DNA from: an uncultured Candidatus Saccharibacteria bacterium
Lineage (GTDB): Bacteria; Patescibacteriota; Saccharimonadia; Saccharimonadales; Saccharimonadaceae
Length of the DNA: 51,357 bases
Assembly: GCA_946616455.1 (NCBI GenBank)
Contig: CAMOIR010000001.1
Span: 1 to 51,357 of the forward strand
Direction: 5' to 3'
Notes under the pieces: model-generated
The model's database searches: none
Told to the model about the DNA's origin: nothing
The model's input: only the letters and a program-made list of their open reading frames with translations
Made by a program: the position numbers and the translations under genes
Shown here: positions 18,420-27,328 of the stretch, piece after piece
Layout: each line of letters starts with the position of its first letter
Numbering within the stretch: position 1 is the stretch's first letter

Positions 18420-18474
18420 TGTTCGGCTTTTGTTCGGTATATAATACCCTACTCAGTGTTCGGTTTTTGTTCAG
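18420..18474. repeat. TGTTCGG/TGTTCAG direct repeats (two GTTC-N7-GTTC pairs)
   Basis: Copies at 18420, 18431, 18457 and 18468. Confidence 0.55.
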
Positions 18475-19006
18475 AAAAATCACTGTTAATTTTCTGAACT
18501 TTTGTTGCCTTTGTCAAAAACCAGGGAAAAACATAAAAACAGGGAAAATCAGGGAAAAATTCGAAATTTTAAATTTAGACGTCAAAATTTAGCTCAAAAA
18601 ACCAATTTACAGGGGTAACTAAAATTCGAAGCTCTCACGAAGAATTTTTACTTAGAAATGTTGTGGATTTTACCAAATTTAGGGCCTTCTTTATCAAATT
18701 CTAAAGCCTCACAAGAGGCCATTTGAAGTGTTTTTTTTACTGTAATCACGGTCGTTATTCGTAGTAATTGATTAACAAAACTAACTATCTATTAAGTTGG
18801 TACATCCTGCACATTGATCGCGGCACGGTAATCAATCGATAGACAATGAATCGGTTAGCTGAATGGCTAGTAAAATCTTTAAATGGAATACGAATTATTA
18901 GAACGAATCACCGCTTAGTACTTGCAAATAATCGTTAATCCCTAGCCATCTAATAGCAATAGTCTATTTAAGACGATTACTTTATCGTCTTTTTACCATA
19001 AGCGGA

Positions 19007-19034
19007 ATGTCTTAAAATCTATATTGTGCGACGT
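19007..19034 (-). other. dif-like Xer recombination site candidate
   Basis: ACGTCGCACAA-TATAGA-TTTTAAGACAT has 11-6-11 architecture and a XerC-arm-like left half. Confidence 0.4.
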
Positions 19035-19117
19035 TAAGCATAAGCAAAAACGAAAATTAGCAAAAGCAATTCTAAGCCAAATAATATTAGCTTTTTTAAT
19101 GGATTTTGTTTGATCTT

Positions 19118-22093
19118 TTAGTGCTTTATTGATAAGAATCCGTCGATGGAGTTATCTTTTTCTGCAAACTTATCAGTTTTACTGATTGGATCAGATAAAG
19201 AGATGCTGTGGTGTGAAGGCTGTATCTGTACAGTGGTTTTTTCTTGATATTCTACCTCTGGGCGAACAGGGGAAGAATCAACAGTGTTTTTTATCTGGTT
19301 AGTGGCTTTTATAACCTCATGCTGGCCTTTTTTACGGCGTTTTTCTGGCTTTCTTTTCCCTTTCTTACCAGAGGGGTGATTTTTAGCTTCGACTTTCCCT
19401 TTTTCGTTTTTCCCTATATTTTCATCTTTCCTTGTTTCGACTAGATTTGCTAAATCTTTTAGGCCAAGGCTCGTTTTACCTTCGGCGGTATTGGGACTAA
19501 TATTGGAACGGCGCATTTCAGCCTGTGGGCTAGCGACTTTTAAGTTCGGTTTATGTTCGGTATTATTGGCGGGTTTAGATCGATTTATCGGACGGATTAC
19601 AAACTCTTTCGATGTATCGATGATTAGCTTCGGTTCGTCTTTTCGTCCAGAATCAGCTAAATCTTGCTTGAATTTTTCCGACTGTTCGATTGTATCCCGT
19701 ATCTCTTTTTCTACTTCTAGTCTTGGTCTGGCATAGTACTCGCGTGAATGAGCGATAATAGCATCAAAATTGTCCTTTGGTGTATCTGGAATCGAAAGTG
19801 TGGTGGCAGAGAAGGCGGGTACCTTTTCTCCGTTAATAATCATTGAAATAACAAAATGGCGGTTATTGAGTTGAATAATGTCAGACTCTTCAAATATTGG
19901 TTCAAATTGCTTCACAAGCATCGGAGCATCGTCTGCACTTACTCTAAACGAAATAGTTGTGCCAACGTTGCCGAATACTGCATCACGCACCGAATCGGTC
20001 ATCTGGGCCACATATTGGTTTGCTACGGTTAGATTTAGCCCATATTTACGTGCTTCGGACAAAATAACTGAGAATGAATCTGTTGCAAAGTTTTGAAACT
20101 CATCGACATAAAGGTAGAACGGACGCCTATTAGCTACGTCTGGTATATCAGATCGTGACATAGCGGCAAGCTGCACCTTCGTAACTAAGAAAGAGCCAAG
20201 AATAGAGGCATTATCCTCACCGATTAGTCCCTTTGATAAATTAACAACCAATATCTTACCTTCGTCCATTATTTTGCGAATATCAAATGAAGATTTTGGT
20301 TGCCCAATAATATTGCGGATAATAGGATTAGCCGTGAAAGCACCAACTTTATTAAGGACTGGAGCAATTGATTCATTGACCTGTTTTTCGTTCCATTGGC
20401 CAAATTCATGCTTCCAGAACTGTAAAACCGTTACATCTTTGCAATATTCCAATGTTTCTTTACGAAACTCTTTATCCGTTAATAACCTTGAAATATCAAG
20501 CAGGGTAGTATTTGGACGATCAAGCAGCGCCAGAAGCGTGTATCTCAAGATATGCTCAAGTCTAGGGCCCCAAGAATCACCAAACATTCGCTTGAGAACG
20601 CCAATTACCTCAGAGCAAATATTGGGTTTTCTTGCGGGATCAGAAATCTCTAATGGGTTAAATGCAATAGGGAAAGCAGTGTCTGCTGGGTTGAAATACA
20701 CTACATCCTTAATTCTTGATTCTGGAATAAAACGCAAATTATCAATCGCGAAATCCCCATGTGGATCAATAATACAATATCCCTGGTTGTAAAACACATC
20801 AGACAAGGCCAACAGCTCGAGCATCCCACTCTTTCCTGCCCCAGTTTGACCTATTATATAAACATGACGAGACCTATCACGTCGCAGTAAACCAAACTGA
20901 TGGTTGATACCGCGAAAATTCGTCAGTCCAAACGCTGAAACATTTTCATCATTCTTTGCGTCCCCCGTAAGTACTGGCAGCTTGGCTGGTGGCTCCGCTG
21001 TCTTTGATGTGGCCCAGACGATATTTGGCGTTTCTACTGAAGTGTGCGGTAAATGATAAACTGAAGCCAACTCTGATATGTTTAGAATAAAACCATGATC
21101 AGAAAACTGCCTCATCTTATAAGCGGCCAAATCTTCTTTATTAAAGCTTCCACCTAACTGTCTAAAACCGTTCAAATTGGTAGAATTATACTGCTTAAAT
21201 GTACCAACAAGCGCCTGCATATTTAGTTTGGCATCAGTTTGGTTTTGGCCAAGATAAGCTAAACGGATTTTTACTTCATATCCGAGTTTGGTAGCTTTTT
21301 CTTCTGCTTTTGCTATACGTGTCTTTGTACGCTCAGATAGCTCAACTGTGACGTCGGATTTAGTGCCACCTGCCGGAGGTCTAAACAAAGCACCCAGTAC
21401 TTCTACTAGCCAAGTCCAATCGATGCCAGTTCCAGCAAAAAGAGACCTTCTGCCAGTCTTTACTCTTTGAATCCATTTGTCGGTTGTAGCCTTGTGCCAG
21501 TTATCCGGTATTGGACGTGCAAGTATTTGAATCCAAAGCTCTTCAGATTGGTCCGGACTTAGTTTTGCCAAAGTACCGGTAATACCTGCTAGTGGATCTA
21601 CCTCAAAACTATCAAAGGTTTTAATCGGTAAAGCATCATTATCAACTAATCCGAGTTCTGTAGAATATGCGACTGGGTATTTACTACGTTCATCCACATA
21701 ATCTTCATTCATCTTGTAGATTTGGACTGTTGGATATTGTGAGTAAATTTGCCCTTCGACAAAGCTTTGTAACACCTTAGGCGTCCAAACATAAAACCGT
21801 ATTTGCCCAGCTGTTGATACAATCTCGAATGATAAATGTTCTTGTACGCCACCAGAGTTTTTTAACTCCTGTTTGTCGCGCAAAATACCATGAAGTGAGG
21901 CAAATAACTGCTCTGCCGCTAGTTCTTTTTTGTCATTAGCACGCGGTATTTCGAGCATCAGTAATACCGAATCAACATTTAACACTTTGAGCGTATTCAG
22001 TTTCTTATAATTACGGTAAGTCAAAAATGCCAAGACTCCTACGACGGGGATCCAGAATATTGGCATTAAAACAAAGTGGATTATGTTTTCCAT
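19118..22093 (-). CDS. VirD4/TraD/HerA-like P-loop ATPase (type IV coupling-protein-like), membrane anchored
   Basis: HVYIIGQTGAGKS, IDPHGD, LYVDEFQNF, SEARKYGL...ANQY, GNVGT. Low-complexity C-terminal tail. Confidence 0.85.
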   Translation of the reverse strand: MENIIHFVLMPIFWIPVVGVLAFLTYRNYKKLNTLKVLNVDSVLLMLEIPRANDKKELAAEQLFASLHGILRDKQELKNSGGVQEHLSFEIVSTAGQIRFYVWTPKVLQSFVEGQIYSQYPTVQIYKMNEDYVDERSKYPVAYSTELGLVDNDALPIKTFDSFEVDPLAGITGTLAKLSPDQSEELWIQILARPIPDNWHKATTDKWIQRVKTGRRSLFAGTGIDWTWLVEVLGALFRPPAGGTKSDVTVELSERTKTRIAKAEEKATKLGYEVKIRLAYLGQNQTDAKLNMQALVGTFKQYNSTNLNGFRQLGGSFNKEDLAAYKMRQFSDHGFILNISELASVYHLPHTSVETPNIVWATSKTAEPPAKLPVLTGDAKNDENVSAFGLTNFRGINHQFGLLRRDRSRHVYIIGQTGAGKSGMLELLALSDVFYNQGYCIIDPHGDFAIDNLRFIPESRIKDVVYFNPADTAFPIAFNPLEISDPARKPNICSEVIGVLKRMFGDSWGPRLEHILRYTLLALLDRPNTTLLDISRLLTDKEFRKETLEYCKDVTVLQFWKHEFGQWNEKQVNESIAPVLNKVGAFTANPIIRNIIGQPKSSFDIRKIMDEGKILVVNLSKGLIGEDNASILGSFLVTKVQLAAMSRSDIPDVANRRPFYLYVDEFQNFATDSFSVILSEARKYGLNLTVANQYVAQMTDSVRDAVFGNVGTTISFRVSADDAPMLVKQFEPIFEESDIIQLNNRHFVISMIINGEKVPAFSATTLSIPDTPKDNFDAIIAHSREYYARPRLEVEKEIRDTIEQSEKFKQDLADSGRKDEPKLIIDTSKEFVIRPINRSKPANNTEHKPNLKVASPQAEMRRSNISPNTAEGKTSLGLKDLANLVETRKDENIGKNEKGKVEAKNHPSGKKGKRKPEKRRKKGQHEVIKATNQIKNTVDSSPVRPEVEYQEKTTVQIQPSHHSISLSDPISKTDKFAEKDNSIDGFLSIKH

Positions 22094-22121
22094 AAGAATA
22101 TTGTATCACAAAACTACATTT

Positions 22122-23162
22122 TTAATTAGGTTGGTCTGCAACTGTGTATAAGTTCTTCTCGACTTTTTTAAACAACTTCTTGTTTTGCAGATTTAGTAAA
22201 ATAGTGGTCTCCTTTACTTTACGGGTTTTTAGAACTTGTTTAACGATCTCTTCTCTCGTCATTGGTTCTCCCGATTTTTCTAGGATAGATTTAATAATGT
22301 CGGCAATGGTTCCCTTTTTGTATCCCCATGACGAAAGCGCATAAATGCCCCTTCCTATTAGAATAAATCTTGGATCCTTTATTAGCTCATTATGTATAGC
22401 TTGCATCGTGACGTTTTTGCGCTTAAAGTTTGACTCCTTAATCTCTTTTGCGATTGCCGAAAAATGCATCGGTTCTTTATGTGACTCCAATATTACAAAA
22501 ATCTTATCACGAATATTTTTTGGATTCACTGATGGCCATTTTGCCAGTCCCCAGATATCATTTAACGTTGCTAGCTGCTTTGAAATTGATGCTGTTGCTT
22601 TAATGTAGCTTGGATGCTCGTAATCCAAAGCTTCGTCTAATTCATCCAAAGTCATCGGCTTTTTGTTGTTTTTGATAATCTCAACAATTTTATCAATTCT
22701 CTCTTTTACGGTCCTAGTATCACCGTATTCAGCAATACCAATCGCTGTGTGATATTTGTCACTTTCCTCTATAACAGTCAAATTCTTTGAAAATGTAGCG
22801 ATGAAGTAAATGCCAGATTTTTCAGAAGTAGAAGCTTTTTTCTCGTAGACCTTATCGGCCAAATCGGAAATCTTTGCCACACGACCCATTTCAGTTAAAT
22901 TGCGAACTAATATTTTTTCTGCGGCCAACAGCTCAGGTATTTTATTGTCTTCGGCTGTGATTTGTAAACGAATTAAAATTGCCTTTTCGAGCTGACGGAC
23001 TCGTTCCCTAGTAATTGACAACATCTCGCCAATTTGCTCAAGTGTTTCCCTGCTACCTTTCAACCCAAATCTTCGTGAAATAATTTCTTTCTCGCGGTCT
23101 TGCTCAACGATATTTAAACTTCCTTTTATTGCATTTTTGAGAATTTCCGCATTTTGGTTCAT
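22122..23162 (-). CDS. Sigma70 region-4 plus HARE-HTH (RNAP delta-like) protein
   Basis: RRFGL...TLEQIG...ITRERVRQLE, then PMHF..I...HNELIKDPRFILIGRGIYAL..W. Confidence 0.8.
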   Translation of the reverse strand: MNQNAEILKNAIKGSLNIVEQDREKEIISRRFGLKGSRETLEQIGEMLSITRERVRQLEKAILIRLQITAEDNKIPELLAAEKILVRNLTEMGRVAKISDLADKVYEKKASTSEKSGIYFIATFSKNLTVIEESDKYHTAIGIAEYGDTRTVKERIDKIVEIIKNNKKPMTLDELDEALDYEHPSYIKATASISKQLATLNDIWGLAKWPSVNPKNIRDKIFVILESHKEPMHFSAIAKEIKESNFKRKNVTMQAIHNELIKDPRFILIGRGIYALSSWGYKKGTIADIIKSILEKSGEPMTREEIVKQVLKTRKVKETTILLNLQNKKLFKKVEKNLYTVADQPN

Positions 23163-23339
23163 TCTTTTATTCCCCTACTTCACTCCTGTTATTATTGCTA
23201 TTTTTATTATAATACCATATCTTTGTCGGAATGTCAACTATCAATTTCAATCTTTCCTACCATTATTGTAACATACTTTTTACAATTTTAAAAAAAGTTT
23301 ATATAAGCATAAACAAAATCATGTTAATATGTCTAAATA

Positions 23340-25766
23340 TTACTTGGCTTTAGTGGCTTTTTTCTGCTTTTTTGTGGTGGTTTTTGTCTTTTTGGTAGAT
23401 GATTTCTTGCGTCCACCGCGAACACCGCGCCTGGTTGACTTTGGCTTATTAGCCAACATTTCTTCTGCTTGTTCAAGTGTGATGGATTTTGGATCCATTT
23501 CTTTTGGTATCTTTATATTATTTCGACGTCCTGGTCCTTTAATATATGGACCATATGCTCCGATAATTATTTGGATCTCTCCCCAATCCGAAATCATCGA
23601 ATCAATCTTTTTTTGATACAAACTAAGTGCATCTTCTAATGTTATGTAATATGGGTCAAAATCCTTCATTGGAATATTATACTTACCAGCTTTAAGGTAT
23701 GGACCAAACGGTCCACTTGCGGCAATTAGTTCTGTTCCATCAGGTGCTTTGCCGAGTGAACGTGGCAGGGCTGGAAGTTCCAGTTGTTTTAGTGCTTGCT
23801 CCAACGTAACCGTATTTACGGATTTTCGTTTTGGCAAAGGTGCAAAGCGTGGCCTATTCTCATCGGTTTTTTTGGATTTAGAACCACTATTGTCGCCAAG
23901 TTGGATAAAGCCACCAGTCTTCCCTACCTTAGCATAAATCGGCTGGCCGGTCTCAGGATGGTGTCCAAGTAGTCTTGCGTTATTATATCTCTCAACGCCA
24001 TTTGCCCGCAATACTGTATCGTGGAATGGTCCATAGAAGTCTCGAAGCATTTTAACACGTTCTAGCTTTGCTTCTGCTACTAAATCCAAATCTTTTTCAA
24101 TGTTTGCCGTAAATTTATAGTCAACTATATTTTTGAAGTTATCAGTCAGAAAGCCAGACACTAACTCACCAATAGGTGTAGGTATGAGTTTCCCTTTATT
24201 TGCTCCGTATTTTTCTTTTACGACCGCTCTTTTTACTGGTTTAGTTGTATTATTGGATAACGCTTCGCTATCGATTGCGGCGATGCGAATGGTGGTTTTT
24301 GCGACTTTTGCATTTGCCATCTGTGTTGCCACAGTTCGTGACCAAATCAATTGGTAAAGCTTTTTTTCGTACTCATTTTTTCCAGCCGTAGTGCGAAATA
24401 CGTCTGTTGGGCGAATTGCCTCATGAGCTTCCTGTGCTGAAGCATCTTTAGTCTTAAAATGTCTAGTTTTTAAATAATTTTTACCAAATTCCGTCTCGAT
24501 GTATTTTGCAATTGAACCTATGGCTTGAGACGATAGATTGAGGGAGTCTGTCCTGTGGTAAGTAATTAGGCCTGCCTGATATAGTCCTTGTGCCGCACTC
24601 ATCGTGGTGCGTGATGAAAACCCCAACTTGCTGTTAGCTTCAATCTGTAAAGCAGCCGTCGTAAAAGGCGTAGGATTAGCTTTTGTACCCTCTGTTTCCT
24701 CTACATCTTGGACTATAAATTGGGATTTTGATAGTCTTTCAAGTAGCTCTCTTGCTTGAGCTTCATCCTCTAGTGGTTTTCCGTCATAATTTGCGATAAA
24801 CGAATCGGTAGCTGATGGCTCGCTGGCTATTGTGGACAGCTCTATTACGTCGCGTTCTTGCCCCTCTGACTCACCCTTCTCGACGTATTTTCGTGCCTGA
24901 ATGGCAGTCATGATTGAAGCGTAAGTAGAAGGTCTTCCTATCCCTAGCTCCTCAAGCTTCTTGACTAATGAACCCTCAGTATATCTTGCTGGTGGTTTTG
25001 CAAAGGTCTGTTTTGCGGTGGCTTCCGTTAATAGAAGCAGGTCATCCTTTGCTACTTTGGGCAATTCTAAATCTTTGGTTTTTCCATAAACGCGCAAAAA
25101 GCCGTCAAAAATTACAACTTCACCCTTAGCGATAAAAGTGATATCGCTAAGTGGCGTGATTTTTTTGGAAGAAACTGCGCTAGAAGTTGTCAAAAAATTT
25201 CCAGTTAATTTGAAGCTATATTTCGAGTCGAATTTTTCAATATCTTTCTCTCGTTCTACTATCAGTCTTAACGCTGGAGACTGTACTCGTCCAGCCGAAA
25301 TCGCACCAGGTACCTTGCGTCTCACAATATCAGATAAATCGAACCCTACGAGCATATCTAGGGTTTGTCTTGCTTGCTGGCTAGACACCATATCCATGTC
25401 TACTTTGCGTGGGTTTTTGATGGCATTTTCCAGAGCTGGTTTTGTGATTTCATGAAATGTAATTCGTGCCGTATCCTTAGGTAGTTTCAATACTTCACTA
25501 AGATGCCAAGAAATCGATTCACCTTCGCGGTCTTCATCGGTTGCGAGCCATATCTTGTCAGCGTTTTTAGCTTCTTTCTTTAGTTCTGCAATAATCGATT
25601 TATGTCCAGGATCTATTTCGTAGGTGACATCAAAAGTATTCCTATCCACTTTTGTGTCTTTACGAATGTGTCCAACCGAAGCTAATACCTTAAAATCGGA
25701 GCCTAGGTACTTTTCAATAGTATGGGCTTTTGCTGGACTTTCTACTATTACGAGGTTTTTTGCCAT
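23340..25766 (-). CDS. topA: DNA topoisomerase I (type IA) with internally permuted segment order
   Basis: VESPAK, ATDEDREGE, SAGRVQ, GIGRPSTY, ITYHRTDS, AQEAHEAIRPT, C-terminal GPFGPY-type repeats and a Lys-rich tail. Confidence 0.93.
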   Translation of the reverse strand: MAKNLVIVESPAKAHTIEKYLGSDFKVLASVGHIRKDTKVDRNTFDVTYEIDPGHKSIIAELKKEAKNADKIWLATDEDREGESISWHLSEVLKLPKDTARITFHEITKPALENAIKNPRKVDMDMVSSQQARQTLDMLVGFDLSDIVRRKVPGAISAGRVQSPALRLIVEREKDIEKFDSKYSFKLTGNFLTTSSAVSSKKITPLSDITFIAKGEVVIFDGFLRVYGKTKDLELPKVAKDDLLLLTEATAKQTFAKPPARYTEGSLVKKLEELGIGRPSTYASIMTAIQARKYVEKGESEGQERDVIELSTIASEPSATDSFIANYDGKPLEDEAQARELLERLSKSQFIVQDVEETEGTKANPTPFTTAALQIEANSKLGFSSRTTMSAAQGLYQAGLITYHRTDSLNLSSQAIGSIAKYIETEFGKNYLKTRHFKTKDASAQEAHEAIRPTDVFRTTAGKNEYEKKLYQLIWSRTVATQMANAKVAKTTIRIAAIDSEALSNNTTKPVKRAVVKEKYGANKGKLIPTPIGELVSGFLTDNFKNIVDYKFTANIEKDLDLVAEAKLERVKMLRDFYGPFHDTVLRANGVERYNNARLLGHHPETGQPIYAKVGKTGGFIQLGDNSGSKSKKTDENRPRFAPLPKRKSVNTVTLEQALKQLELPALPRSLGKAPDGTELIAASGPFGPYLKAGKYNIPMKDFDPYYITLEDALSLYQKKIDSMISDWGEIQIIIGAYGPYIKGPGRRNNIKIPKEMDPKSITLEQAEEMLANKPKSTRRGVRGGRKKSSTKKTKTTTKKQKKATKAK

Positions 25767-25801
25767 AATATATATAATATCACAGTCGTCAAATCTTTGA
25801 T

Positions 25802-26935
25802 CTAAGCAACTTGATTAACTTTTTCGGTGGTTGTTTTATCTTCTGGAATTCTCACGATGTTTTCGTCGTCGGATTCATTTGGGTAATCCATCTCGTACAA
25901 TTCAGCTTCTAGTCTGTAAATATCACTTTCAACCGTCTCTTTTCTCTTTATTGCATTTTCTAATCGATATTCTGCATCATGGATTTTGTCCCTATTTAAA
26001 AATTTCGATATAACATTCATTGAATTATAGTGAGTACATTCTTCCATGCAACGCTTAACGGCATCCTCAGCTTTTTTAAGAAGCCTTTGATTTTTTCTAA
26101 TTTCGTAGTTAATCATTTTACTCTGGATCTCAGGGGATTCGGAAAATACTCTTACTTTAGTCTTGTCTTCATCGGTAAACTGCCCACTAATCAGAATCTC
26201 ATCTTTCATTCGTTTTAATTTCCAAATTTCATCATCACTCTTTGTTTCTCTCATCTTGGTCTCGTAATACCGTATTGCTTCATCCTTCTTAACTGCGACT
26301 CCTTGTTCTGCACTAGTCAAAAAAGTAAAATAATCGGGATCTTTCTTTAGCTCATCAGCCCGATCGGTTGATTGGGTGAAGGTTTCTTCTGTAAATACTG
26401 GAACTTCTTCTGGTGCCTGGACTGCTTCTGTTGACTCAGTATTTTTCTTCGGTGTAATATCTTTTTCTTCATCTCTGCGAATGATTGCTTCAGCTTCCTC
26501 GTAGCTTATTTCGTCACTAAATGATTTGGTTGGTTTTCTACTGTCGTCTATTTGCTCAGTGGTCTGTTTGGGCTCAGTTAATCTTTCATTGTCATCTATC
26601 TGTCCAGTGGTCTGTTTGGGCTCAGTTAATCTTTCATTGTCATCTATCTGAGTATTATCCTGCTCTATTTCATTTATGGAACCATCGTTTACTTCGATTA
26701 CTGTCATTGGATCATTTTGTACTTCAATTGGTGTCGGGGTGACATTATTCGCCTCAATATTTGAAGATGGTGTAATGATTGAATCAGTTCTAGGCGCTTC
26801 CTTAGCACCAGGTATTACGATACCGCTTTTTGTTTCTGTCCAATTACTTGTATCAACGTTAAACTTGGGCAAATTCCCCAGGCTAGCCCAACCATTATCA
26901 TTATTCGAATTAGTTTCTATTCTTTCACTATTCAT
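25802..26935 (-). CDS. Acidic low-complexity hypothetical protein with C-terminal coiled coil
   Basis: 377-aa ORF containing a 16-aa tandem repeat. Confidence 0.7.
   Translation of the reverse strand: MNSERIETNSNNDNGWASLGNLPKFNVDTSNWTETKSGIVIPGAKEAPRTDSIITPSSNIEANNVTPTPIEVQNDPMTVIEVNDGSINEIEQDNTQIDDNERLTEPKQTTGQIDDNERLTEPKQTTEQIDDSRKPTKSFSDEISYEEAEAIIRRDEEKDITPKKNTESTEAVQAPEEVPVFTEETFTQSTDRADELKKDPDYFTFLTSAEQGVAVKKDEAIRYYETKMRETKSDDEIWKLKRMKDEILISGQFTDEDKTKVRVFSESPEIQSKMINYEIRKNQRLLKKAEDAVKRCMEECTHYNSMNVISKFLNRDKIHDAEYRLENAIKRKETVESDIYRLEAELYEMDYPNESDDENIVRIPEDKTTTEKVNQVA
26543..26650. repeat. 48-bp in-frame tandem repeat (about 2.2 copies; QIDDNERLTEPKQTTG/E)
   Basis: CAGTGGTCTGTTTGGGCTCAGTTAATCTTTCATTGTCATCTATCTG occurs at 26557 and 26605. 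Confidence 0.9.
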
Positions 26936-26982
26936 ACCCTGATTTTAGCATGAGTTAAATGAAGTAGCAAGGTTAAAACAAC

Positions 26983-27027
26983 AAAAAACCCATGAGGTAA
27001 GGGTGGGCATCACCTCATGGGTTTTTG
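26983..27027 (-). terminator. Intrinsic terminator, possibly bidirectional
   Basis: AAAAACCCATGAGGT...ACCTCATGGGTTTTT. Confidence 0.75.
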
Positions 27028-27293
27028 GCCCTCTAACGCTTCTCTTTCTATACCGGGAGAACCCCGGAAGCGTAACCCACCTCACACAAATTGGGGCCCG
27101 CCGGTTAGAGGGATTGCTAAGCCTTCGAAAGTGTCCTTTCAAAGTGGAGGTAATACTTATAAAACTTTAAACCATGAAGAAATTTAAAGCCCGAAAGGGT
27201 TTCAAAAGCTCGCAATTTCTGCTACACTAGGAGTAGTATAGCTGAAATTATAACTTATTTAGGTGCGGTGTGGCGCTTTTTCAAGCACCAACT
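26983..27293 (-). ncRNA. Candidate ~300-nt structured non-coding RNA
   Basis: Consensus promoter upstream and terminator downstream. Multiple hairpins have G-U pairs and GAAA/UUCG-type loops on the minus strand. Confidence 0.6.
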
Positions 27294-27299
27294 GCGTTA

Positions 27300-27328
27300 A
27301 TTATATCACAGGAGGAAAAATATGTCAA
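27300..27328 (-). promoter_or_regulatory. Perfect-consensus sigma70 promoter
   Basis: TTGACA (27328-27323)-N17-TATAAT (27305-27300) with extended -10 TG. Confidence 0.8.

Noticed and set aside
19118-22093. Conjugative element or ICE
   Set aside because: No relaxase, VirB genes or integrase nearby. Such solo ATPases are common in CPR chromosomes.
23340-25766. Intein, intron or frameshift as the explanation for the odd topA
   Set aside because: Single uninterrupted frame of normal length with all core motifs present once, and no intein or intron signatures. The anomaly is segment order.
26543-26650. CRISPR array
   Set aside because: Adjacent in-frame coding repeats without unique spacers, and no cas genes.
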